A stretch of DNA of 64,000 nt from Thermoleophilia bacterium (GTDB taxonomy: Bacteria > Actinomycetota > Thermoleophilia > Miltoncostaeales > Miltoncostaeaceae), in NCBI GenBank assembly GCA_020848615.1, contig JADLHW010000097.1:13447-77446 (forward strand), in the 5' to 3' direction. The position numbers and the translations under genes were made by a program. Shown here in pieces: positions 11,707-20,847 of the stretch (position 1 is the stretch's first letter; each line of letters starts with the position of its first letter). The notes under the pieces are model-generated. The model worked only from the letters and a program-made list of their open reading frames with translations, did not search any database and had not been told where the DNA came from.

Positions 11707-12072
11707 ATCGGCGTCCTCGGGATCGGGCTGGACCTCATCGAGATCGACCGCATCGAGGCGGCCCTGGAGCGCCGCCCCCGGTTCGCGGAGCGGTGCTTCA
11801 CGGAGGCCGAGGCGGCGTACTGCGCGTCACGGGCCTACCCGCCGCAGCACTTCGCCGCGCGCTTCGCGGCGAAGGAGGCGGTCGGCAAGGCCCTGGGCAT
11901 CGGGATGACGCGCTGGCGGGAGGTCGAGGTGGTGCGCGGCCGCGGCGCCCCCACCATCAGGCTGCACGGCCGGTACCTGCGCCGGGCCGCGGACCTCGGC
12001 GTGACCGACATCGCCGTGTCGCTCACCCACAGCCGCGGGATCGCGGCGGCCGTGGCGGTCGTCCAGGACTGA
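11707..12072 (+). CDS. acpS: Holo-[acyl-carrier-protein] synthase
   Basis: The sequence IGVLGIGLDLIEIDRI...FAAKEAVGKAL...SLTHS matches the AcpS pattern. The start is uncertain. The homology-consistent position is ATC 11707. The only canonical in-frame upstream start is GTG 11554, 142 nt inside glmS. Confidence 0.85.
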   Translation: MGVLGIGLDLIEIDRIEAALERRPRFAERCFTEAEAAYCASRAYPPQHFAARFAAKEAVGKALGIGMTRWREVEVVRGRGAPTIRLHGRYLRRAADLGVTDIAVSLTHSRGIAAAVAVVQD

Positions 12073-12101
12073 CCACCCGGCCGGGGCCGTAGGATCAGCG
12101 C

Positions 12102-13658
12102 ATGCCGACCGCCCGGTCCCGGGTCCCCTCGCCGGTCCCGCACTGCACCCCGCTGTTCGACGCCGCCGCCACGCGGGACGCCGACGCGCGGGCGACCGCC
12201 GACCACGGCATCCCGTCGCTGCTGCTCATGGAACGGGCCGGGCTGGAGACCGCCGCGGCCGCGAGGGCGGCGTACCCGGACGCCCGCCGGGCGGTGGTGC
12301 TGGTGGGCGCGGGCAACAACGGCGGCGACGGCATGGTGGTGGCCCGCCACCTGGCCGAGGCCGGCTGGGAGGTGACCGTGGCCTCGCCCGGCGGCGACGG
12401 CCCGTCCACGCCGGACGCGGCGCTGATGACCACGATCGCGGGCGGCATCGGAATCCCCGTCACGGCATTCGACGCGGCCGCCGGCCGGCCGGCGGGCGCG
12501 GTGCTGGTGGACGCCCTGCTGGGCCCCGGCACCCGCGGCGCCCCGCGCGGCGCGGTGGCGGCGATGGTGGCGTGGACCGCGGGCTGGCCGGGCCCGGTGG
12601 TGGCCGTCGACGTGCCCACCGGGGTGGACGCCGACACCGGCGCCGTCGCGGGCGACGCGGTCCGGGCGGACCTCACCGTGACCTTCCACGGCGACAAGGT
12701 GGGCCTGCACGTCGCGCCGGGCCGGGGCCGGGCGGGACGCGTGGAGGTGGTGGACATCGCGATCCCGTCGGCGGTGGCGAGCGACCCGGCGGCGTGGCTC
12801 GTGCACGGCGGCGCGGCGACGGCGATCCCGCCGAAGGACGCGGCGGGGGAGAAGTACTCGGCGGGCGCGGTGCTGGTGGTGGCGGGCGCCCCCGGCATGA
12901 CCGGCGCCGGCGTCCTCGCCGCGCTCGCCACGCTGCGCGCCGGCGCGGGCCTCGCGGTGGCCGCGGTGCCCGCCGCCGTGCAGCCGCTCATGGCGCCGCT
13001 GATGCTCGAGGTGATGTGCGCCCCGGTCGCCGACGACGCCGGCCGGCTGTGCGCCGCCTCCGCGGACGACGTGCTGCGCGAGGCCGGGCGCGTGTCGGCC
13101 GTCGCCCTGGGCCCCGGCATCGGACGGGCGTCCGCCACCACCGCCGCGGTCCTGGGGATCCTGGAGCGCCTGGAGCTGCCGGTGGTGCTGGACGCCGACG
13201 GCCTGTGGCACCTGGAGGGGCGTCCCGAGGCCCTCGCCGCCCGCCCCGCCGCGACGGTGATCACCCCGCACGCCGGGGAGGCCGCGCGCCTGCTGGGCAG
13301 CGACCGGGCCGCGGTGGAGGCGGAGCGCCTGGCCGCGGCCCACGACCTGGCGGCCCGCAGCGGCGCGGTGGTGGTGCTGAAGGGCCCGGGCACGGTGATC
13401 GCCGCGCCCGGCCAGGTGCCGCTGATCGCCGCGGGAGGCGGTCCGTCGCTGTCCACCGCCGGCAGCGGCGACGTGCTCACCGGGATCATCGCGGCGGCGC
13501 TCGCCAAGGGCCTGCCCGCGCGCACCGCCGCCGCCGCGGGCGTGGCGCTGCACGCGGCGGCCGGCGACCGGGCGGGCCGCGGCGACGGCATGATCGCCGG
13601 GGACCTCCTGGACGTCCTGCCCGCCACCATGGCGGCCCTGCGCGCGGGGACCCCGTGA
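12102..13658 (+). CDS. nnr: Bifunctional NAD(P)H-hydrate repair enzyme (epimerase / ADP-dependent dehydratase)
   Basis: 518-aa ORF. The YjeF N-terminal domain has GAGNNGGDG. The C-terminal carbohydrate-kinase domain has GSGDVLTGIIAA. Confidence 0.9.
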   Translation: MPTARSRVPSPVPHCTPLFDAAATRDADARATADHGIPSLLLMERAGLETAAAARAAYPDARRAVVLVGAGNNGGDGMVVARHLAEAGWEVTVASPGGDGPSTPDAALMTTIAGGIGIPVTAFDAAAGRPAGAVLVDALLGPGTRGAPRGAVAAMVAWTAGWPGPVVAVDVPTGVDADTGAVAGDAVRADLTVTFHGDKVGLHVAPGRGRAGRVEVVDIAIPSAVASDPAAWLVHGGAATAIPPKDAAGEKYSAGAVLVVAGAPGMTGAGVLAALATLRAGAGLAVAAVPAAVQPLMAPLMLEVMCAPVADDAGRLCAASADDVLREAGRVSAVALGPGIGRASATTAAVLGILERLELPVVLDADGLWHLEGRPEALAARPAATVITPHAGEAARLLGSDRAAVEAERLAAAHDLAARSGAVVVLKGPGTVIAAPGQVPLIAAGGGPSLSTAGSGDVLTGIIAAALAKGLPARTAAAAGVALHAAAGDRAGRGDGMIAGDLLDVLPATMAALRAGTP

Positions 13659-14764
13659 CCACCACCCCCGACCGCGCGCACGCCCGCATCGACCTGGCGG
13701 CCCTGCGCCACAATGCCGGGCTCTTGGCGCGGGCCGCCGGCTCGGCGCGCCTCATGGCCGTCGTGAAGGCCGACGGCTACGGCCACGGGGCCGTCGCCTC
13801 GGCACGGGCGGCCCTGGACGGCGGCGCGACGTGGCTCGGCGTCCACACGGTGGGGGAGGCCGAGGAGCTGCGCGCGGGCGGCATCGCGGCGCCGGTGCTG
13901 GTGCTGGGTCCCATCACCGGCGGCGAGTGGGGGCGGGCCGCCGCCGCGCGGGCCGAGGTGGCGGCCTGGGCCGAGCCCGGGCTGCGCGCCGCCGTGGAGG
14001 CCCGCATCACCGGCATCCACCTGAAGGTCGACACCGGGATGGGGCGGCTGGGGGCGGTGCCCGGCGACATCCCGGCGCTGGCGGCGCTCGCCGCATCGCT
14101 GGGCGCGCCGGTGACCGGCGTGATGACCCACTTCGCCACCGCCGACGAGACCGAGGGCCCGAACGCGGGGTTCATGCGCGAGCAGCTCACGCGGTTCCGG
14201 TCGGCGATGCGGCAGGTGCGGGAGCACTTCCCCGGCGCGCCGGCGCATGCCGCGAACTCCGCCGCCGCCCTGCGGGAGCCGGACGCCCTGCTGGACATGG
14301 TGCGGTGCGGCATCGCCCTGTACGGGTGCTCGCCGTTCGGCGACGACCCCGTCGCCCGCGGCCTGCGGCCCGTGATGACCTGGATGTCGGCGATCGCGAG
14401 CGTGAAGACCGTCCACTCCCGGGACAGCGTCGGCTACGGCCGCACATGGCGGGCGGCCCGCGGCACCCGCATCGGGCTGGTGCCGGTGGGCTACGCCGAC
14501 GGGTACGCCCGGAGCCTGGGGAACCGGGCGCACGTGCTGGTGGGCGGCCGCCGCGTGCCGGTGGTGGGCACGGTGTCGATGGACCAGCTCACCGTGGACC
14601 TCGGGCCCGAGAGCACCGAGGAGGTCGGCGCCGAGGTCGTGCTGATGGGCGCCGGCGGCGGGGAGCGCATCACCGCCGAGGAGCTGGCGGAGCTGCGCGG
14701 GACGATCAGCTACGAGGTCGTGTGCGGCGTGGGCCGGCGCGTCCCCAGGGTCCCGGTGGGGTGA
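13655..14764 (+). CDS. alr: Alanine racemase
   Basis: GTG 13655 overlaps the nnr stop (GTGA). AVVKADGYGHG is the PLP-lysine motif, and the C-terminal part has ...VGYADGY.... Confidence 0.93.
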   Translation: MTTTPDRAHARIDLAALRHNAGLLARAAGSARLMAVVKADGYGHGAVASARAALDGGATWLGVHTVGEAEELRAGGIAAPVLVLGPITGGEWGRAAAARAEVAAWAEPGLRAAVEARITGIHLKVDTGMGRLGAVPGDIPALAALAASLGAPVTGVMTHFATADETEGPNAGFMREQLTRFRSAMRQVREHFPGAPAHAANSAAALREPDALLDMVRCGIALYGCSPFGDDPVARGLRPVMTWMSAIASVKTVHSRDSVGYGRTWRAARGTRIGLVPVGYADGYARSLGNRAHVLVGGRRVPVVGTVSMDQLTVDLGPESTEEVGAEVVLMGAGGGERITAEELAELRGTISYEVVCGVGRRVPRVPVG

Positions 14765-16188
14765 GGCTGGAGGACCTCCGGGCGCCGTTCGCCGGCCTGG
14801 GCGACGGCGTGTGGATCGTGGGCGGATGCCTGCGCGACGCCCTCCTGGGCCGTCCGGTCGCGGACGTCGACCTGGCGGTGGCCGGCGACGCCTCGGCCCT
14901 GGCCCGCGGGTTCGCGAAGGCCCGCGGCGCCGGGAGGTTCCCGCTGTCGACGGAGTTCGGCGCGTGGCGGGTGCTGGGCGGCGACCTGCCGTACACCGTC
15001 GACATCACGCCGGTGCAGGGCACCGGCCTGGGCGACGACCTGTCCCGGCGCGACCTGTCCGTGAACGCCATGGCGCTGCCGGTGACCGGGCCGCCGCAGC
15101 TCGTGGACCCCCACGGCGGACGGGCCGACACCGCGGCCCGGGTGCTGCGGGCGGTGGGCCCCGGGTCGTTCGCCGCCGACCCGGTGCGGGTGCTGCGCGC
15201 GGCCCGCATCGCCGACCAGACCGGGTTCGCCGTCGACCCGGGCACCGCCCGGCTCGCCCGCGAGGCGGCGCCGTCGCTGTGGACCTCCAGCCCCGAGCGC
15301 CTGCGCGACGAGCTGTTCCGCATGGCGCGGTCGCCCACCGCGTGGTTGGCGCTGGAGCGGCTGGACGGCCTGGGCGGGCTCGGGGTCCTGGTGCCGCAGC
15401 TGGAGGCCGCCCGGGGGGTCGAGCAGAACGCCTACCACCACCGGGACGTGCTGGGCCACACCCTCGAGGTGGTGGAGCACGCCGGTCGCCTGGCGGCCGA
15501 CCCCGAGCCGGTGTTCCGCGGGGATGCCGCCCGCCTGGAGGCGATCCTCGCCGAGCCGCTCGCGGACGGCCTCACCCGCGGGCAGGGCCTGGTGGTCGCC
15601 GCCCTCCTGCACGACATGGCCAAGCCCGCCACCCGCGCGGTGCAGCCGGACGGGCGCGTCACGTTCTTCCACCACGACCGGGCCGGCGCGGCGCAGGCCG
15701 ACGACCTGCTCACACGGCTGCGCGCCGCGAACCGGCTGCGTGCCCAGGTGACCGCCCTCGTGCGCGACCACCTGTTGCTGGGCTTCATGGTGCACCGGCA
15801 GCCGCTGTCGGTGGTCCAGGCCGACCGGTACCTGCGCGCCACCGAACCCGCGGCCACCGAGCAGATCGTGCTGTCGGTGGCCGACCGCCTCGCCACCGAC
15901 GGCCCGCGCACCACGCCCATCCAGATCACCCGGCACCTGGACCTCGCCCGCCAGGTGCTGCGCATCCACCTGGCGCTGCTCGACCGGGGGCCCATCCGGC
16001 CGCCCCTCCCGGGCGACCGCCTGGCGGCCGCGGTGGGCGCCGCGCCGGGCCCGTGGCTGTCCGAGGTGATCGACCGGTTGCGGGAACGGCAGCTCACCCG
16101 GGAGGTCACCCCGGAAGCGGCGGTGCGCTTCGCGGCCGATTGGCTATCGATCCACGGAACAGCTGTGAAAGATCCGCATGAACAGTAG
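14761..16188 (+). CDS. cca: CCA-adding enzyme / poly(A) polymerase-family tRNA nucleotidyltransferase with HD domain
   Basis: GTG 14761 overlaps the alr stop. The sequence VGGCLRDALLGRPVADVDLAV is the nucleotidyltransferase head. HHRDVLGHTL and LLHDMAK are HD motifs. Confidence 0.8.
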   Translation: MRLEDLRAPFAGLGDGVWIVGGCLRDALLGRPVADVDLAVAGDASALARGFAKARGAGRFPLSTEFGAWRVLGGDLPYTVDITPVQGTGLGDDLSRRDLSVNAMALPVTGPPQLVDPHGGRADTAARVLRAVGPGSFAADPVRVLRAARIADQTGFAVDPGTARLAREAAPSLWTSSPERLRDELFRMARSPTAWLALERLDGLGGLGVLVPQLEAARGVEQNAYHHRDVLGHTLEVVEHAGRLAADPEPVFRGDAARLEAILAEPLADGLTRGQGLVVAALLHDMAKPATRAVQPDGRVTFFHHDRAGAAQADDLLTRLRAANRLRAQVTALVRDHLLLGFMVHRQPLSVVQADRYLRATEPAATEQIVLSVADRLATDGPRTTPIQITRHLDLARQVLRIHLALLDRGPIRPPLPGDRLAAAVGAAPGPWLSEVIDRLRERQLTREVTPEAAVRFAADWLSIHGTAVKDPHEQ

Positions 16189-16241
16189 GTTCCGGCGGGC
16201 TTGGGTTTGGCCCCCCAGGGGGCTGCGGCTATCGTGCCCGC

Positions 16242-16697
16242 GTGCCCTACAGAAGCCGCACGGCGGCGATGGCGGCGCTCGTCCTGGGGGCGGCCGTGAT
16301 CGCGACACCGACGGCAGCCGCCCAGTGCGGTGAGCCGGCTCCGTCAGCCGCCCAACAGGTCCTTCAGGACATCTCAGCAGCTCGCCAGAACGCGGGGATC
16401 CCGGCCCTCCGGGTGAACGTCCGCATCACCAAGGTGGCCGTCCGCCACGCGCGCCGGATGGCCCTCTCGGGGTCCATCTGGCACGACGATCTCGCCGCAT
16501 GGGCGACCGGACGCGCCGTCGCCCAGAACGTCGCGTACGGGTCGTCCGGCGCGGAGGCCTACGACGCGATGTGGAAGTCCGCACCGCACCGCACCGCCAT
16601 GATGAGCCGCAGGTACCGGTTCGTCGGGGTCGGCGCGGCGAGGTCGTGCGCCGGGGACATCATGGTGTCCGTCGACCTCATGGCCCCGCCGGCCTGA
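16242..16697 (+). CDS. Secreted CAP/SCP-domain protein (YkwD-like)
   Basis: 151-aa ORF with signal peptide ...VIATPTAAAQ. The pattern ...AARQNAGIPAL...HARRMA...HRTAMMSRRYRFVGVG is CAP-family-like. Confidence 0.75.
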   Translation: MPYRSRTAAMAALVLGAAVIATPTAAAQCGEPAPSAAQQVLQDISAARQNAGIPALRVNVRITKVAVRHARRMALSGSIWHDDLAAWATGRAVAQNVAYGSSGAEAYDAMWKSAPHRTAMMSRRYRFVGVGAARSCAGDIMVSVDLMAPPA

Positions 16698-16763
16698 TCG
16701 CGGGTCTCCCGGGGCCGCCCGGCCCCAGGGGCGGCGGACGCGGCGTCCACTAGGCTGCCGCGC

Positions 16764-17333
16764 ATGGTCCGCCTCACACGCATCTACACGCGCCTCGGCG
16801 ACGCCGGCGACACGCACCTGGGCGACATGCGCCGGGTGCGCAAGACGAACCCGCGCATCGCGGCGTTCGGGGACGTGGACGAGGCCAACAGCGCGATCGG
16901 CGTGGCTCGGGCCACCGGCCTGCCGGAACGGGTGGACGAGCGGCTGGCACTCGTCCAGAACGACCTGTTCGACCTCGGCGCGGACCTCAGCGTGCCGGAT
17001 GGCGCCGAGCCCGGCGGACGCCCGCCGCTGCGGGTGACCGCCGGCCAGGTGTCGCGGCTGGAGCGCTGGTGCGACGAGGCCAACGAGGCACTGGATCCGC
17101 TCACCAGCTTCATCCTGCCGGGCGGGACCCCCGCCGCGGCCGCCCTGCACCTGGCGCGCGCCGTGTGCCGGCGCGCCGAGCGCGCCGTGGTGGCCCTCTC
17201 CGACGAGGACGCCGTGAACCCGCAGGTCACCGCGTACCTCAACCGCCTGTCGGACCTGCTGTTCATCCTCGCCCGCACGTGCAACGCCGGCGCCGGCGAC
17301 GTGCTGTGGCGGCCGGGGGCGGGCCGGGACTAG
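16764..17333 (+). CDS. PduO-type ATP:cob(I)alamin adenosyltransferase
   Basis: 189-aa ORF. The sequence IYTRLGDAGDTHL...FGDVDEANSAIG...ILPGGT...YLNRLSDLLF is the PduO/MMAB pattern. Confidence 0.88.
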   Translation: MVRLTRIYTRLGDAGDTHLGDMRRVRKTNPRIAAFGDVDEANSAIGVARATGLPERVDERLALVQNDLFDLGADLSVPDGAEPGGRPPLRVTAGQVSRLERWCDEANEALDPLTSFILPGGTPAAAALHLARAVCRRAERAVVALSDEDAVNPQVTAYLNRLSDLLFILARTCNAGAGDVLWRPGAGRD

Positions 17334-18064
17334 CGCCGGGCGGGGGCCGCGGGCCTCGCGAGGAAGAACAGCGCGGCCCCGAGCGCCACGAGCCCGACGG
17401 ACACCAGCTGGGCGGCGGTGAGCCCGGCGGCGACCTCCGAGTTGCGGCGGATGAACTCGATGAGGAACCGCTCGAGCCCCGCCAGCACGCAGTACACCCC
17501 GAACAGCGCCCACGGGGCGGTGACCCGCCCGCGCAGGCGCCACAGCAGCCAGAACAGCACCACCATGGCCGCGATCTCGTACAGGGGGGTGGGGTGGACG
17601 ACCTGATCGGTCGGCACGGTCCCGTCGGGGTAGCTCATGCCCCACGGCAGGCTCGTGGGCGACCCGTAGTCGCCGTCGCCGGCCAGCTGGCAGCCGATGC
17701 GGCCGATGCCGTACCCGATGGCCAGGGGCGCGGCCGCGGCGTTCGCGATCTCCCCGAGCGGCAGCCGCAGGTACAGGGCCGCCAGGATCACGCCGGAGAC
17801 GCCGCCGATGAGGCCGCCGTACCACGTGAGCCCGCTGCCCGACAGCAGCGGCTCACCGGGGTTGTCCAGCACGTACCAGATCTTCGCGCCGGCAACGCCG
17901 CCCACGCCGGCGCCGAGCATGAGCCAGAACGCGCTCTCCGGGTCGTACCCGCGGTCCCGGAGGTCCTCCCGCAGGAACCACCAGGGGACCACCAGCGAGA
18001 TCGCCATCATCGCCCCGAAGGAGTGCAGCGTGAACGGGCCGACGGAGAACAGCTCGGGGAGCAC
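17330..18064 (-). CDS. lgt: Prolipoprotein diacylglyceryl transferase
   Basis: 244-aa ORF with GTG start 18064. The sequence has ...GLTWYGGLIGG...GYGIGRIGCQLAGDGDYG. Its stop overlaps the convergent PduO stop (CTAG). Confidence 0.9.
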   Translation of the reverse strand: MLPELFSVGPFTLHSFGAMMAISLVVPWWFLREDLRDRGYDPESAFWLMLGAGVGGVAGAKIWYVLDNPGEPLLSGSGLTWYGGLIGGVSGVILAALYLRLPLGEIANAAAAPLAIGYGIGRIGCQLAGDGDYGSPTSLPWGMSYPDGTVPTDQVVHPTPLYEIAAMVVLFWLLWRLRGRVTAPWALFGVYCVLAGLERFLIEFIRRNSEVAAGLTAAQLVSVGLVALGAALFFLARPAAPARR

Positions 18065-18096
18065 GCGGGAACGCTACCGCGTGCCGGCGCCCGCCG

Positions 18097-19464
18097 TCAG
18101 TAGCGCCGGGCGCCGGCGTACGCCTGCGCCCACTGGGCCTCGTACAGGGAGGAGATCCCGACGGTGTCGCCCGGACCGGGCGCGTGCACGAACTGGCCGT
18201 CGCCGAGGTACAGGCCGGCGTGCCGGACGACCCCGTCCGGGGTGCTGAAGAACACCGCGTCGCCGGGGCGCAGGCCGGTGGGCTCCACCGCCGTGCCGCG
18301 CTGGGCCTGGCCGGCCGCCGTGGCCGGCAGCTGGATGCCGTTCCTGGCGTACACCACCTGGACGAGGGCCGCGGCGTCCAGGCCGCCGCGACGGTCCGCC
18401 GGATGCGGCGTGCCGAGCAGCCCCAGGGCGTCCTGCACGGCCGCCGGGCCGGCGGTGCCGACCGACGGCAGCACGGGCGCGGCGAGCAGGTTCACGGCCG
18501 GCACGTTCGGGAAGACCGAGGCGGACGGGTCGCCGCCGAGCTCCGAGAAGTAGCGGCTCACGTTCCGGGTCCAGTTGCTGTTGAGCCCCGTGGGGTCGTT
18601 CGCGGCCCCCTCGGGCGCCCACCGCTGCTGGATGCTCGCGATCGTGACGCGGCCGTCGGCGAGGTACAGGCTGCCGCCCAGGTTCTGCGCCGCCCGGTGG
18701 ATCGCGTCGGCCCACGACGCGAAGCGCATCCCCGGGCCCAGCCCGAACGGGTTGTGGATCGTCTGCGACGGTCCGTACGCGCCGAAGGAGGTCTCCGCGC
18801 CGCTCACGGCGACCAGCATGCGGGGGTCCAGGCCCACGGCCTGGGACTCGTTCACGAACACGGCGCCGAGGCCGGCGAGGGGGCTCCCCTTGCCCGTCAG
18901 GTACGCGTCGAGGCGCGCGGCGCCGTCGGCGCCGGTCGGCACGGCGCTCGTCGCAACGGCGGTCACGGCCGCCGCGGGCTGCGTGACGGCCTGCGCGCCC
19001 TGCGTCGCGGAGGCGTCCGCCGACGTGGTCCCCAGGCCGGGCAGGACCACGACGGGGGTCTCCGTCGCGTCGCCGGCGGTCGCCGCGTCCGCGGGGTCCC
19101 GCCGCGCGGGCCGCTCCGCCGCGACGCGGCGCAGGATCGCCTCCTCGGCGTCCAGGCGCGTGATGAGGCCGTCCTTGCGGGCCTGCAGCTCCCGCTCCTC
19201 CCGCTCCAGCGCGTCGCGCTCCGCGGGGTCCGTCGCGCGGGAGAGGTTCGCCCGCGCCGCCGCCAGCTGCGCCGATGCGGCCTCCACCTGGGCGCGGGCG
19301 GCGTCCACGCGCGCCCTCGCCGCGTCGGCCCGGGCCGTCGGCTCCGAGAGGTCGGCGTCCGAGCCCGGGGCGGCCGCGGGCGTTCCCGCCGCGGCCGGTA
19401 CGGCCATCAGCGCGGCGCTGAGCGCGGCCACCAGCCGCGGGGAGACAAGACGGCGTCCGGCCAT
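18097..19464 (-). CDS. Secreted peptidoglycan hydrolase: coiled-coil, central glucosaminidase-like domain and C-terminal NlpC/P60 domain
   Basis: ATG 19464 (MAGRRLV...) is followed by a signal peptide and an Ala/Arg/Glu-rich coiled-coil. The central VAVSGAETSFGAYG...HNPFGLG is muramidase/glucosaminidase-like (inference). The C-terminal ...GLRPGDAVFF...HAGLYLGDGQFVHAP is NlpC/P60. Confidence 0.85.
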   Translation of the reverse strand: MAGRRLVSPRLVAALSAALMAVPAAAGTPAAAPGSDADLSEPTARADAARARVDAARAQVEAASAQLAAARANLSRATDPAERDALEREERELQARKDGLITRLDAEEAILRRVAAERPARRDPADAATAGDATETPVVVLPGLGTTSADASATQGAQAVTQPAAAVTAVATSAVPTGADGAARLDAYLTGKGSPLAGLGAVFVNESQAVGLDPRMLVAVSGAETSFGAYGPSQTIHNPFGLGPGMRFASWADAIHRAAQNLGGSLYLADGRVTIASIQQRWAPEGAANDPTGLNSNWTRNVSRYFSELGGDPSASVFPNVPAVNLLAAPVLPSVGTAGPAAVQDALGLLGTPHPADRRGGLDAAALVQVVYARNGIQLPATAAGQAQRGTAVEPTGLRPGDAVFFSTPDGVVRHAGLYLGDGQFVHAPGPGDTVGISSLYEAQWAQAYAGARRY

Positions 19465-19565
19465 CCCCAACTGGATCGCCCGATCACGCCCCGCACTTGA
19501 GCGCTCCGGACCGCCGGGTCCGAGGACGGCCGGTGACGGCGGCACCGGACCGGCATGCTTGCGGG

Positions 19566-20480
19566 ATGGCGAGACGTCGGGGAGCGGGTGCGGTGCCGTG
19601 GCAGGCGTGGTTCATCGCGCTCGCGGCGATCTGGGGCTGCTCGTTCTGGTTCATGAAGGTGGGGCTGCGCGGGCTGTCGGCCCTGGAGGTGGCCTTCTGG
19701 CGGCTCGCGCTGGGCGCCGCGGCCCTCGCCGTGATCGCCGCGGTGACGCGCACGCCGCTGCCCCGGGGCGCGCGCACGTGGTGGGACCTCACGGTGATCG
19801 GCGGCATCGGCAACTCGCTGCCGTTCCTGCTGTTCGCCTACGGGGAGACCCACGTGTCGTCGGTCCTCGCGGGGATCATCAACGCCGCCACGCCCCTCGC
19901 GACCATCGCGTTCACGCTCGCCGTGTTCCGGGACGAACCGGCGACCGGCCGGCGCATGGCGGGCCTCGCGGTGGGCTTCGCGGGCGTGCTGGTCGTGCTG
20001 GGCGCGTGGAACGGGCTGGGCTCCGGCGAGTGGCCCGGGGTGCTCGCCTGCCTGGGGGCGGTGGCCTGCTACGGCTTCGCGTACCCGTACGCCCAGCGGA
20101 CGGTGGCCGGCACCGGCAGCCCGGTGGGTCTCGCGACCGGGCAGATCGGCGTCGCGACGCTGCTGCTGCTGCCCGCGCTGCCGTTCGCCTGGGGCGGCGG
20201 CGGCCCGGTGGGCGCCGACGTGGCCGCCGCGATGCTGTGCCTCGGGGTGTTCGGCTCGGGCATCGCGTTCGCGCTGAACTTCCGGATCGTGCAGGCCGCC
20301 GGGGCGACGGTCTCCAGCACCGTCACCTACGTCATCCCCCTGTTCGCGGTGCTCGCCGGGCTGGCGTTCCTGGGCGAGGGGATGAGCTGGAACGAGCCGG
20401 TGGGCGGGCTCGTCGTCCTGGTGGGCGTGGCGGTGGGGTCCGGGCGGATCCCGCGGCGACGGCCCGCCGGCGCCGGGTAG
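19566..20480 (+). CDS. EamA/DMT-family transporter
   Basis: About 10 predicted TM helices. The sequence is WFIALAAIWGCSFWFMKVGLRGLSALEVAFWR... and there are two EamA-like halves. ATG 19566 is preferred over ORF-track 19497. Confidence 0.8.
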   Translation: MARRRGAGAVPWQAWFIALAAIWGCSFWFMKVGLRGLSALEVAFWRLALGAAALAVIAAVTRTPLPRGARTWWDLTVIGGIGNSLPFLLFAYGETHVSSVLAGIINAATPLATIAFTLAVFRDEPATGRRMAGLAVGFAGVLVVLGAWNGLGSGEWPGVLACLGAVACYGFAYPYAQRTVAGTGSPVGLATGQIGVATLLLLPALPFAWGGGGPVGADVAAAMLCLGVFGSGIAFALNFRIVQAAGATVSSTVTYVIPLFAVLAGLAFLGEGMSWNEPVGGLVVLVGVAVGSGRIPRRRPAGAG

Positions 20481-20490
20481 TCTGGGCCGC

Positions 20491-20844
20491 ATGCCGCTGG
20501 CGATGCTGGTCGCCCCGCCGGGCGACGTCCGGGACGCGGTGGGCCTGTTCCTCGCCGGCCTGGGCTGGACCACGGTCCCGGTGCCGCAGGCCGTGGAGGG
20601 CCTCCCGGAGCGGGTGGCGGCGGTGGAGCCGCGGCTTGTGGCCGTGGACTTCCGGGGCGACCCGGACGCTGCGCTCGCATGCGCGGCGGCGCTGGGCGGC
20701 GTGGCGCCGGACGCCGCGGTGTTCCTGCTGAACGTGCCGGAGGCCCTCCGGGCCCGGATCGCCGCCGTGGCGGGTGCGGCGCGCGTGGCGACCGCCCCGG
20801 GGGACCTGCCGCGGGCGCCCGGCGTGCCGGGCCCGCCGCACTGA
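20491..20844 (+). CDS. Hypothetical protein, possibly a degenerate receiver-like (CheY-fold) domain
   Basis: 117-aa ORF with GC3-rich codons. The alternating beta/alpha pattern MLVAPPGDVRDAV...LVAVDF...AVFLL resembles a receiver but lacks the N-terminal acidic pair. Confidence 0.5.
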   Translation: MPLAMLVAPPGDVRDAVGLFLAGLGWTTVPVPQAVEGLPERVAAVEPRLVAVDFRGDPDAALACAAALGGVAPDAAVFLLNVPEALRARIAAVAGAARVATAPGDLPRAPGVPGPPH

Positions 20845-20847
20845 GCG

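Noticed and set aside
17330-17333. Convergent genes sharing overlapping stop codons (CTAG here; also 42320-42323 and 54032-54035).
   Set aside because: This is a real but trivial consequence of dense packing. There is no evidence of regulatory meaning.
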